Sequence record: PV037056.1 | Origin: Staphylococcus phage Fi4S2 | Length of the DNA: 64,000 nt | Reading direction: 5' to 3' (one strand) | In this document: piece after piece, positions 20,058 to 29,057 of the stretch | Numbering within the stretch: the stretch's first letter is position 1 | Layout: each line of letters starts with the position of its first letter | Program-made: the position numbers and the translations under genes | Notes under the pieces: model-generated | Database searches by the model: none | What the model saw: the letters and a program-made list of their open reading frames with translations, nothing else | What the model was told of the DNA's origin: nothing

Positions 20058-22622
20058 GTGAAGATTATTGTAGACATTATAGACAGCAAGATAGAGTTTG
20101 AACCTGAAGATGAGCATTTAAAACCCGCTATTATCAACAGAGCACATACAGATTTAGGTGCTAGAGACCCAAACTTTTTGCATGATAGAAGGTATAAGTT
20201 AGGTATATGGGATGGGATGATAGACTTTTACGATGCAAAAAACCACTCATTCCCTACAGGACTTCTAGAAAAAGTTATGATTATGCTAGGGGACATGCAG
20301 TCACAGTATGGGTTTACATACTCTGTAGAGGACTTCAGACCTGACACATTTTTAGATGTTGATGAGATGGATGAGGAGATAGTTTTAAAGGATGAAGAGT
20401 TAGGCTCCATAACGCTCAGAGACTATCAACACGATGCAGTAAAAGGTATCATAGAACATATGAATGGTATTGTTAACCTAAGCACTAATGCAGGTAAATG
20501 TATCAATAAGAATACAAGAATACTTACAGCTCAAGGTTATAAAACACTGGAGGACATCTTTACAGAACAAGGTATAAGTTTAGATGGTGATGAAGAAGTT
20601 ATACCATTAAAGTATACGCTTATTAATCGTTATGGAAAGAGAGAGCAAACAAGTCATTTTACAAAGAATGGTATTAAGCCTACTAAAGTAATAACTACAC
20701 ACAGAGGAACAACATTGAATACAACCTATAATCATCCATTGTTAGTAGATAGAGAGGGCATACCTGAGTGGGTTAAAGCAGAGGACTTAAAAGCAGGAGA
20801 CAAACTATATGCTAGAGCTGGAGATAATGTATTTGGTACAGATAAAACAGTTAGGTCTGAGAGTGAAGCTTATAGAAGAGGTGCTTTACAAACTGCAACA
20901 ACACCTCTACCAAAGTATATTCATCAAGCCCCAAGAAAAATACAATTAGCATTTCTTACTGGGTTTTTAAATCTAAGAGAAGGTATTGATTTACTAAAAA
21001 CATTACATACTTATAATGAACGTATTGTAATAGAAAGTCCATGTAAAGAGCTTTTAGAGGACTTACAGCTAGTTCTATCTAACCTAGGTATCCTATCTTC
21101 CCTGAAAGATACAGAAAAATCATCTTTTACATATTACGGTTTATTGAACGTGTATGAAGGACAAGAAGAGCTTAACATAGAAACTCAAACCTATTTACAA
21201 GAAGTTGTATCTATAGAAGAAGGGGAAGAGATTCCTACATTTGATGTTAGTATGCCTGAGACAAACTCATTCATAGGACAAGGAATTATAAATCATAATA
21301 CGGAAGTAGCTAGTGGAATCATTCAGCAGTTACTCCCTCAGTTAGAAAGAGGAGAACGTATTGCTTTCTTCACTAATAACTCATCTATCTTTTACCAGTC
21401 AGCTAAACGTATAGGAGATAGATTAGGTATTAAAGTAGGGTTATATGGTGGAGGTAAAAAAGACATCCAACAAGTTACATGTGTAATGTTACCTACGATA
21501 CATGCTGGGTTGACAGACCCTGAAAAAAATGTTAAACTAACTGAGAAAGAAAGACTATTTAAACGTATAGCCAAGGAAGTACTACCTCAGTTTGAATCAG
21601 GGGTAAACCAACGTTATCTACTGAAGCTATTTATTGACCGTTTTGAGCCTAAGACTAAAGTTGACTTAAAGTTTAAGCATGAACTTGAAGAGGTCTTACA
21701 TAGAAGTGGTTCTGATAGTGAAGTATTGATGAACTTAACAAAGTATGCTAAGCTATATAGAGAAACAATACAGAAGAAAAATAATAAAGTATATAAGAAA
21801 AATAAAGAAGTGGTAGACTTCTTAGAGAGTGTTTCTGTTATGATTTGTGATGAAGCACATCATACGTCAGCAGATACTTGGTACTACTCACTCAGACGAT
21901 GCATCAATGCTCAATACAGAGTAGCCCTTACAGGTTCAATAGAAGAGAGCAATGAACTACTTGTAATGAGGATGAAATCGGTATTTGGAGAGATAGTAGC
22001 TAAAGTAAGAAATAAACAAATGATTGAAAGAGGTTTTTCTGCTAAACCTATTATAAAAGTTTTTCCTGTAACTCAACCTAAAGACATATCGGGACTAAAA
22101 GAGTTCCAAGAAATATACAGGAAAGGTATAGTTGAGAATGAGTATAGAAACCTGTTGATGGCTAAACTAACTAAAACATTAAACACACAAGGTAAAACAA
22201 CATTGTTAATAGTAAACCATACAAAACATGGAGAGGCGTTAGTAGAGTTATTAGAGCAACTAGAAATAGACCATAGATTCATTCACGGTCAATTGTCTAC
22301 AGAGTATAGAGAAGAGTCATTACAATTAGTGAGAGACGGGAAACTAAGTGTCCTTATAGCCACATCTATTGTAGATGAGGGTGTAGACATCTCAGCTATT
22401 GACGCTTTAATACTTTGTGCAGGAGGTAAATCTCTACGACAAACCCTTCAGCGTATAGGTAGAACATTAAGAAAGAAAAAAGGTGACAATACCTGCCAAG
22501 TATTTGATTTCACTGATTACACACATGACATTTTACTTTCACACTCTAAGAAGAGAAGAAAAATATATGTAGAAGAAGAGTTTGAGATAGTTGACATACA
22601 GCCAAAAGCAAAACAAGGGTAA
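20058..22622 (+). CDS. SF2 DNA helicase (DEAH) precursor containing an intein; the mature helicase is ~587 aa
   Basis: Walker A is split: STNAGK | C...HN | TEVASG. A DEAH box (CDEAHH) and a helicase C-terminal domain follow. GTG start with an RBS (ataggagga). Confidence 0.7.
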   Translation: MKIIVDIIDSKIEFEPEDEHLKPAIINRAHTDLGARDPNFLHDRRYKLGIWDGMIDFYDAKNHSFPTGLLEKVMIMLGDMQSQYGFTYSVEDFRPDTFLDVDEMDEEIVLKDEELGSITLRDYQHDAVKGIIEHMNGIVNLSTNAGKCINKNTRILTAQGYKTLEDIFTEQGISLDGDEEVIPLKYTLINRYGKREQTSHFTKNGIKPTKVITTHRGTTLNTTYNHPLLVDREGIPEWVKAEDLKAGDKLYARAGDNVFGTDKTVRSESEAYRRGALQTATTPLPKYIHQAPRKIQLAFLTGFLNLREGIDLLKTLHTYNERIVIESPCKELLEDLQLVLSNLGILSSLKDTEKSSFTYYGLLNVYEGQEELNIETQTYLQEVVSIEEGEEIPTFDVSMPETNSFIGQGIINHNTEVASGIIQQLLPQLERGERIAFFTNNSSIFYQSAKRIGDRLGIKVGLYGGGKKDIQQVTCVMLPTIHAGLTDPEKNVKLTEKERLFKRIAKEVLPQFESGVNQRYLLKLFIDRFEPKTKVDLKFKHELEEVLHRSGSDSEVLMNLTKYAKLYRETIQKKNNKVYKKNKEVVDFLESVSVMICDEAHHTSADTWYYSLRRCINAQYRVALTGSIEESNELLVMRMKSVFGEIVAKVRNKQMIERGFSAKPIIKVFPVTQPKDISGLKEFQEIYRKGIVENEYRNLLMAKLTKTLNTQGKTTLLIVNHTKHGEALVELLEQLEIDHRFIHGQLSTEYREESLQLVRDGKLSVLIATSIVDEGVDISAIDALILCAGGKSLRQTLQRIGRTLRKKKGDNTCQVFDFTDYTHDILLSHSKKRRKIYVEEEFEIVDIQPKAKQG
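20499..21299 (+). mobile_element. intein (267 aa) with a LAGLIDADG-type homing endonuclease domain, inserted in the helicase P-loop
   Basis: N-terminal Cys (CINKNTRILTAQG). A block-B TxxH motif (KVITTHRG). LAGLIDADG-like motifs (LAFLTGFLNLREG; LLEDLQLVLSNLGI). C-terminal HN followed by a +1 Thr that restores GK-T of Walker A. Confidence 0.75.
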
Positions 22623-22641
22623 CAAGAGGAGAGGAGAGCAT

Positions 22642-24285
22642 ATGCAACAGCTTAGAGAAGAAGATAATCAAGTAGTATTAACTAAGTCTACTGAACATTT
22701 TTTAGACTTTCTAAAAGACCAAGTTAATGAAGATGGGACATATGCTATAGGAACTAGGAAACAGCTAGAAGAATCCTATGGCAAGTCCCGTTCTGTTATT
22801 GACCGTAAGTTAAAAGAACTAACAGAAAAAGAAATTATTACTTGCGTTACAAAAAGAGGTAAGAATGGTGGTACTATCATTACTCTAAACTACTACAAAC
22901 CTAGTGACTTTAATGCTTGGGTTAAGAAAGATGATAGTGTTATTACTTCTAATGAAAAGTATGCAAGAGATTTACGGAAAAAGGTATTTCCTAAATATAA
23001 AAGACCTTTAGGCCAAGGAAGACCTAGACGTACAAAAGAAGAGATGAGAGCTTATAAGCTAGCTAGAACTGAATTTGAAAAGTTAATGGTAACAATGAAT
23101 CAGAGTACAAGTAACTTATACCCTTCTAAAGAAGTTTTTAATATGGCTCCTGACCCTGAAGGTTACTATAAAGCATATACTATGGCTAGACTATATGATG
23201 TTATGTGTTATGAATACATGAAGCAAGCATGGATAGACCATAAAAATATCAAAAATCCTACAGAAAAAGAGAAGAGTGCTGTAGACTTCTACTATACTAA
23301 GATGCTATACTATAGAAACAGTAACATATTAGGTAAAGACTTTTTTGGTACTAAACTATTTAATACCTTCTATAATGCCTACAATAAGCTAAAAGAGAGT
23401 AAGCTAATGATGAGTATAGAAGAGTATATGCATTCAGTATTCAAAAATTATGTTACTCACTTTGAATATTATAGAGGAACAAAGTATGGCTTAAAGAGTC
23501 CAGTACCTTACCCTAACTACTTACACAGTGAGACAGCATTCAAGAATTTCTACCAGCATAGAGACTACCTAAGAAAGAACAAATGTAACTTCGATAGTTA
23601 CTTACCTATAGGTAACTATGTTAGTATAATAGGTATAGCAAATCCAGTATACAAAGCTATATCAAGGTTATTTAATTCCGACTTCAACACCAAAGAAGAG
23701 CATAATATCATAGAGGATAAATTTAATGTGGTTATGAAGACACGAGGATTATATAGCCCTATTACAGATTCCTTATATACATCTGATGAGCTATCGGAAG
23801 AACCTGAGCTACAAGATACATTGAGCTACTTCAAGAAATATAAAGAAACAATTGATGAGGTTAAAGCAGTTATAGAGGATGAGAAGGAGTATAAACTAAT
23901 TGACTTATTCTTAAAACAACTATATATGATAAAAGTAGACCCTATGAAGTTAACTATATTTGATAGAATGACTATGTATCCTGTACAACAACGTTACTAC
24001 TTTGAAATGCTAGATTTCTCAGGAAGACTTAGAAAGGACAGAGAAGAGTCTTACGCTTGTATAGGTGCTGTAGGCCAACCTATAAAACAAGAACAGTTTG
24101 AGGATTTTGCTAGAGCAGGAGAAGAGTACTCTAATATCGCTAATGGAGGAGCTATGTATCAAATTATTAATATGTATATGGGTTACAATAGCACTGCCTT
24201 AAATGTACATGAAGTACATAATGTAATAAATAAATATAAATTAAATCACATTATAAAGCTTGACAAAAATGGTTTATTAGTATAA
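22642..24285 (+). CDS. replication-associated protein with an N-terminal winged-HTH-like region (~547 aa)
   Basis: The ATG at 22642 has a strong RBS (ggagaggagagcat). The segment GTRKQLEESYGKSRSVIDRKLKELTEKEII looks like an HTH. The function is uncertain. Confidence 0.3.
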   Translation: MQQLREEDNQVVLTKSTEHFLDFLKDQVNEDGTYAIGTRKQLEESYGKSRSVIDRKLKELTEKEIITCVTKRGKNGGTIITLNYYKPSDFNAWVKKDDSVITSNEKYARDLRKKVFPKYKRPLGQGRPRRTKEEMRAYKLARTEFEKLMVTMNQSTSNLYPSKEVFNMAPDPEGYYKAYTMARLYDVMCYEYMKQAWIDHKNIKNPTEKEKSAVDFYYTKMLYYRNSNILGKDFFGTKLFNTFYNAYNKLKESKLMMSIEEYMHSVFKNYVTHFEYYRGTKYGLKSPVPYPNYLHSETAFKNFYQHRDYLRKNKCNFDSYLPIGNYVSIIGIANPVYKAISRLFNSDFNTKEEHNIIEDKFNVVMKTRGLYSPITDSLYTSDELSEEPELQDTLSYFKKYKETIDEVKAVIEDEKEYKLIDLFLKQLYMIKVDPMKLTIFDRMTMYPVQQRYYFEMLDFSGRLRKDREESYACIGAVGQPIKQEQFEDFARAGEEYSNIANGGAMYQIINMYMGYNSTALNVHEVHNVINKYKLNHIIKLDKNGLLV

Positions 24286-24317
24286 GATGAATATATAATA
24301 TTTTAGGAGGCACTTGT

Positions 24318-25757
24318 ATGAGTAGAAAAATGAAAGAGCTAGTAATTACACGTTCTTTAAAAGACTTAGAATTTGCAAGAGGGGCTTTATTAAAGCTCCC
24401 TGCAACAGTCTTTGAAGATGATAAGTCTTTACAAACTATTTACACAGTTTTAAAGAGACAGTTAATGAGCTCTCAAAATAGACCGAGCCAAGAAGTAATG
24501 ACATTAAAAATTGAAGACCTTTTAACAAAACAGGGTAAAGATGATGAAGTTATAGATACTGCCATATCTACACTTAACTCTTTATATGAAGTAGAGAAGG
24601 ATAAGAAGTTAGAAGATGAATCAATCAATACAGAAGTAGATAACTACGTTAAAGCTGAAATGACTAAGGATGCTATTATTAAAGCTGTTAGAAAAAATGA
24701 ATTAGAAGACGTAGATAAGATAGGCAAACTAGGTGAAGAGATTACAAAGATTGCAGTTCAGAATCTTTCAGGAGGTTCAGGAGACTTTTTAGACTTCTTC
24801 AATGACATAGACAAGAAAAAAGAATTGCTATCTAATATCTATTCTCATAAATATCCAACAGGATTTAAAACTTTAGATGGTATTATTGAAGGTGGATTAT
24901 CTAGAGGAGAAGTTGGTGTTATCTCAGGTATTACAGGTGGTGGTAAATCACTTACTATTACTAACCTTATTGCCAACTATGTCCGTAGTGGCTTGAATGT
25001 ATTGCTTGTATCACTAGAGGAGAACATGGAACGTATTGTATTACGTTCTGAGCAACAGATGTTTGGTATTAAAAAGAGTAGTATCTTAAATACAGACTAC
25101 ACATTAAATGAAGCTTCATATGAAGCTATTCAAAAGCTATACCAACAAAAAGGTAAAACGTTTGGGAACTACTTCATTTCTAAACACAAACCTCAAGAGG
25201 TAAGTCCTTCAAAACTAGAGCAAATAATTGTTAATACAACAGTGAGAGAAGATACAAATATTGATGTAGTCATTATTGACTATCCTGAGCTTATGATTAA
25301 TCCATATAATAATGCTAGTGAGTCAGAAGCTGGTTCTTTAATCTATGAACATATCCGTAAACTATCACAAGAGTATGACTTCTTATGTTGGACTATATCT
25401 CAGGTAAACCGTAATGCATCTCAAAATAGTGAAGTAATAACTAAGTCTCATATTGAGGGTTCTAAACGTAAACTGAACGCAGTAGAGCTTCACTTAACAT
25501 TAAACCAAACATCAGAAGAGTTTGAGGCAGGTTACTTAAGATTTTACTTAGATAAGGTACGTAACAACTCAGGTAGAGTATCTAGTAAAATCATACCTAT
25601 GAGAGTAGAGCCTGAAACTATGACAGTTAGAGATTGCTTACCTGAAGAAATACAAGAGCACTCAGAAGTAATGAACTCTAGAGATAGTCAAGTGTTTAAC
25701 AAACCTAAACAAGAGTCACCTACTTCAAGAGCTAAAAGTTTTGATAATGGATTTTAG
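24318..25757 (+). CDS. DnaB-like replicative helicase (RecA-fold C-terminal domain)
   Basis: GFKTLDGIIEGGLSRGEVGVISGITGGGKS (DnaB H1/Walker A). ...VVIIDYPELM (Walker B-like). WTISQVNRNASQN (DnaB ISQLNR motif). Confidence 0.6.
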   Translation: MSRKMKELVITRSLKDLEFARGALLKLPATVFEDDKSLQTIYTVLKRQLMSSQNRPSQEVMTLKIEDLLTKQGKDDEVIDTAISTLNSLYEVEKDKKLEDESINTEVDNYVKAEMTKDAIIKAVRKNELEDVDKIGKLGEEITKIAVQNLSGGSGDFLDFFNDIDKKKELLSNIYSHKYPTGFKTLDGIIEGGLSRGEVGVISGITGGGKSLTITNLIANYVRSGLNVLLVSLEENMERIVLRSEQQMFGIKKSSILNTDYTLNEASYEAIQKLYQQKGKTFGNYFISKHKPQEVSPSKLEQIIVNTTVREDTNIDVVIIDYPELMINPYNNASESEAGSLIYEHIRKLSQEYDFLCWTISQVNRNASQNSEVITKSHIEGSKRKLNAVELHLTLNQTSEEFEAGYLRFYLDKVRNNSGRVSSKIIPMRVEPETMTVRDCLPEEIQEHSEVMNSRDSQVFNKPKQESPTSRAKSFDNGF

Positions 25758-25768
25758 GAGGAAGATTA

Positions 25769-26350
25769 ATGAAATTTATATTTTTCACAGACAGTCATTT
25801 TCACTTATTCACAGACTTTAGTAAACCTGATGAGTTTTATCGTAATGACAGATTTAGAGAACAGATAGAAACTTTAAATCATGTTTTTACTCTTGCTAGA
25901 GAAAAGGAAGCTACAATTATTTTTGGTGGTGATTTATTTCATAAACGTAATGCTGTAGATACAGTAGTATATAATGAGGTATTTAAGGTATTTGCTAGAA
26001 ATAAAGATGTAGCTGTCTTATTACTCAGAGGCAACCATGATGCTACAACCAATTCAGTGTATACTGACTCAAGTATAGACACGTTTGAATACTTACCTAA
26101 TGTAAGTGTATTTCAATCTTTTGGAACTATAGAGGTAGGTAATGCAAACTTAGTATTTACAGCTTATGGTGATGAGACTGAAGAGATAAAGGACTACATT
26201 GAAGATAACTACAATACAGATAAGGTTAACATCCTTGTAGGACACTTAGGTGTAGAAGGGTCTTTAACAGGTAAAGGTTCACACAGATTAGAAGGAGCTT
26301 TTGGGTACCAAGACCTTTTACCTGATAAGTATGATTTTATTCTTTTAGGG
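25769..26350 (+). CDS. sbcD: Mre11/SbcD-like nuclease, exon 1 (194 aa)
   Basis: Calcineurin-like phosphoesterase motifs DSHFH, GGDLFH, GNHD. The exon ends ...DKYDFILLG immediately before the expected GHxH motif. Confidence 0.75.
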
Positions 26351-26750
26351 TAGATGCCCTGCTTATTCGTAAAGAGTAAGTACCGAGTGTTAAATGCTAT
26401 GAATCCGTAAAGCTAACTAAACTGAAACAGAAGAGGAAACTCTAGATGGAAAAGTTGTGAAAACAGAAAAAATTAGTTAGATGTACTAAGGTTAAATCCT
26501 AAGGTATACACAATCGGTCTATAGCAGGGAAAGACCTAAGTTCAAATGAATAAGGGAGACCCTCAACGACTATTCCGTATAGGTGACGGAAGTAAAACCC
26601 TAAACGACTGAGGGAAGAAAAATACTCCTACCTTAACTAAGGTAGAACAAATAGTCTCCACCCGTACCGAAAGGTAGGGCTATAGATGAACTATAGGATT
26701 ACAAAGTGGTGTTTGTAATCAAAGAATGTTAAATAAATTATAACTTCCTA

Positions 26751-26779
26751 TTGACATTACTTCCCTAACATGTTATAGT
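26751..26779 (+). promoter_or_regulatory. internal sigma-A-like promoter (TTGACA-17 bp-TATAGT) driving tnpB within the intron
   Basis: Perfect -35, 17-bp spacer, near-consensus -10, 22 nt upstream of the tnpB RBS (aaggaggtg). Confidence 0.5.
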
Positions 26780-26801
26780 ACATGTATAAGGAGGTGTAAT
26801 A

Positions 26802-28076
26802 ATGTCAGAAAGTACAACGTACAGAAAAATTAAAATAAGGTTAGTACCAACAAAAGAACAGGAAGAGTTAATGTGGAAGCATGTTCATGCTAGTAGATTT
26901 ATTTACAATTGGGGTCTTGAAAGGTGGTATAGTAATTTAGATAATGGAATAAAGAATACTACAAGTAATAAGTTATCTAAAGAACTAAAAACAGTGAAAG
27001 AAGAAAACCCATGGTTAAAAGAGGTATCTAATAAAACTTTAGTAAAATCATTACAAGTTCTAGAGTTTAATATGAAGAGGTTTTTTAAAAAACAAACTAA
27101 AAGACCTAAATTTAAGAGCTCTAAAAGCAGTATACCTTCTTTTAAAACACGAACAGAAACTAAGTGGGGTAATAAACATTTACCTAACATTGAAGGAGAT
27201 AGGATACGGTTAGAAAAACTAAAATTAGTTAAATTATCTTCTAAGATAACTAAATCTATGAAAGAAAAGAACATAAACCCTGTATTTTATTCTAGTACAA
27301 TCTATTATGATGGTAAATATTGGTATATTTCATTAGCATATAAAGTCGAGAACCAAGACAAAAAAGAACTCACCAATGAAACCATAGGTATAGACTTAGG
27401 AATAAAATCATTAGCTACTTGTTCAAATGGTAAATCTTATAAAAATATTAATAAAAGTTCTAAAGTTAAAAAACTAGAGAAAAGACTAACTAGATTACAA
27501 AGACAACTATCACGTAAGTATGAAATGAATAAAGATAAAATACGAGTAGGACTACTTAATACAGATGGAACACCTAAGATAGATAAGCAAGGTAGACACA
27601 TGTATAAGTATTCTAAAACTAAGAACATTATTAAGTTAGAAAAAGAGATAAAACTCTTACACAGAAAACTTAAAAATATTAGAAATAATCATGTTCATAC
27701 TATGACTAAAGAAATAGTAGAATTATTACCACAAGAAATAGTAATAGAAGATTTAAAAGTAAGTAATATGTTAAAGAATAAACATTTATCTAAACATATA
27801 AGTAAAGCTAATTGGTATGAAATACGTAGACAATTAACTTATAAATGTGAGGATAGAGGAATTCTTCTTACAATAGCAAATACTTATTACCCTTCAAGTC
27901 AAACCTGTAGTCATTGTGGTAATCGTTTAACCAAACAAGACAAACTTAGTCTTAAAGAGAGAACTTACAAATGTAAGAAATGTAATTCTAGTTTAGATAG
28001 GGACTTAAATGCTAGTATTAACTTAATGAACTATAGATACTCCAAATGGTGTCAAAATAATATAATTTCACAATAA
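26802..28076 (+). CDS. tnpB: TnpB (IS200/IS605-family OrfB) RNA-guided nuclease homolog, apparently intact (424 aa)
   Basis: Typical OrfB N-terminus (YRKIKIRLVPTKEQEELMWKHVHASRFIYNWG). RuvC-I GIDLGIKS, RuvC-II VIEDLKVSN. Zn finger CSHCGN...CKKCNSS. RuvC-III DRDLNASINL. Confidence 0.85.
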   Translation: MSESTTYRKIKIRLVPTKEQEELMWKHVHASRFIYNWGLERWYSNLDNGIKNTTSNKLSKELKTVKEENPWLKEVSNKTLVKSLQVLEFNMKRFFKKQTKRPKFKSSKSSIPSFKTRTETKWGNKHLPNIEGDRIRLEKLKLVKLSSKITKSMKEKNINPVFYSSTIYYDGKYWYISLAYKVENQDKKELTNETIGIDLGIKSLATCSNGKSYKNINKSSKVKKLEKRLTRLQRQLSRKYEMNKDKIRVGLLNTDGTPKIDKQGRHMYKYSKTKNIIKLEKEIKLLHRKLKNIRNNHVHTMTKEIVELLPQEIVIEDLKVSNMLKNKHLSKHISKANWYEIRRQLTYKCEDRGILLTIANTYYPSSQTCSHCGNRLTKQDKLSLKERTYKCKKCNSSLDRDLNASINLMNYRYSKWCQNNIISQ

Positions 28077-28233
28077 AAGAAATATATTATATGTAGGATT
28101 CCGTAAATCCGAATTTACGCCTTTGGAGTATCATACAAACCTTAGTAGAGTAATAAGAAGTAATTCTTTACAGAATGAAATACTCAAAAAGGGATACGTT
28201 GAAGAAGGAAGTTATAAATTAATTAACATACGG

Positions 28234-28677
28234 CATTATCATAGAAGACAGTATTTCCAAAACCCAAATCACTTTTATGGTGGTTCTTTAATGCAACAAT
28301 CGTTCTCAGATGAGCAAGAAGCTAATGGTGTTCACTTAATAGATACTGATACTATTACAACGGAATTTATACCTCTAGATACACGTAGGTTTATTACAGT
28401 AAGAGGAGATGATGTTCCTGAAGACCTAGACCAACTTATAGAGTATGGTCACTTCATTAGATTTGTAGGTAGTACTAACCAAGCTAAAGCGATAGAGTTA
28501 GCATCTACAGATGAGACTAATAACATACGAGTAGAGTTACAAAAAGATTATACGGTAGAAAAACGTATAGATAGTGAAGTCACTGACTCACCATTATCTA
28601 TAGCATCAAGCTATTCAGATAAGTACTATCCTGAAGCTAAAAAAGAAATACTAGAATGTCTACAGGAGGTGTTATAG
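28234..28677 (+). CDS. sbcD: Mre11/SbcD-like nuclease, exon 2 (147 aa)
   Basis: Begins HYHRRQYF... and completes the GHxH motif when joined to exon 1. The track ORF start at 28123 (MEYHTNL...) is probably intron 3' tail read-through, not coding. Confidence 0.7.
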   Translation, partial: HYHRRQYFQNPNHFYGGSLMQQSFSDEQEANGVHLIDTDTITTEFIPLDTRRFITVRGDDVPEDLDQLIEYGHFIRFVGSTNQAKAIELASTDETNNIRVELQKDYTVEKRIDSEVTDSPLSIASSYSDKYYPEAKKEILECLQEVL

Positions 28678-29057
28678 TGAGTGATTACATTACTAAGTTT
28701 AATGAGGTTAAACAAGGGAAGAAATCAGGAAAGAGTATAGCTGAGTTTGTAGATGACTTTATGAGAGATGTAGACCCTGACATCTTTAAACCTAAAATCA
28801 CTTTCCTTGACATTTCTAGTGTAGTAGGAGATAATGTAGTAGACACTAAACCAATATTACAATTTAGAGATTGGGATGGTGTTGAGGAGAATATATGTAA
28901 TGTTATTGACTTAGATGATGGTTTAAATAAAGTTAGACAAATATTAAAAGATAGTAATTATGAATTTCATTATATGAGAACTTATAAACCTAATAACGTT
29001 TGGGTTATAGACTATGGCTCTCATAGTACATCTTTTTTAGTTAAGGAGGCAAAATAG
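28656..29057 (+). CDS. hypothetical protein (133 aa) between sbcD and sbcC
   Basis: ORF overlapping both neighbours. The start is uncertain (ATG 28656 or GTG 28677 after caggagg). Confidence 0.35.
   Translation: MSTGGVIVSDYITKFNEVKQGKKSGKSIAEFVDDFMRDVDPDIFKPKITFLDISSVVGDNVVDTKPILQFRDWDGVEENICNVIDLDDGLNKVRQILKDSNYEFHYMRTYKPNNVWVIDYGSHSTSFLVKEAK

Larger units (their letters stand above)
26351..28233 (+). mobile_element. IStron-like intervening element: group I intron core (5') + tnpB + 3' tail, interrupting mre11/sbcD
   Basis: A ~450-nt 5' non-coding block carries group I R-like (ccctcaacgactattcc) and S-like (aaatagtctcc) elements able to form P7 (gacta/tagtc). A TnpB ORF follows. The element ends ...acatacgg (terminal G). 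The exons rejoin in frame as ...ILLG|HYHRRQ, matching the family motif (L)GHxH(R)xQ. Confidence 0.7.

Noticed and set aside
28123-28233. Track ORF start MEYHTNLSRV... as the true start of a separate 184-aa gene
   Set aside because: The family-conserved GHxH motif is only completed if exon 2 begins at 28234 (HYHRRQ). The upstream 37 codons overlap the tnpB 3' structured tail and have no RBS, so they are read as intron read-through.
26351-28233. Interpretation as a plain IS200/IS605 insertion that simply inactivates mre11
   Set aside because: Not fully excluded, but disfavoured. The insertion is exactly in frame at a motif boundary. It has a long 5' non-coding block with group I R/S-like elements and ends in G. 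It lacks tnpA and recognisable IS hairpin ends. The other core genes here are interrupted by splicing-competent introns.
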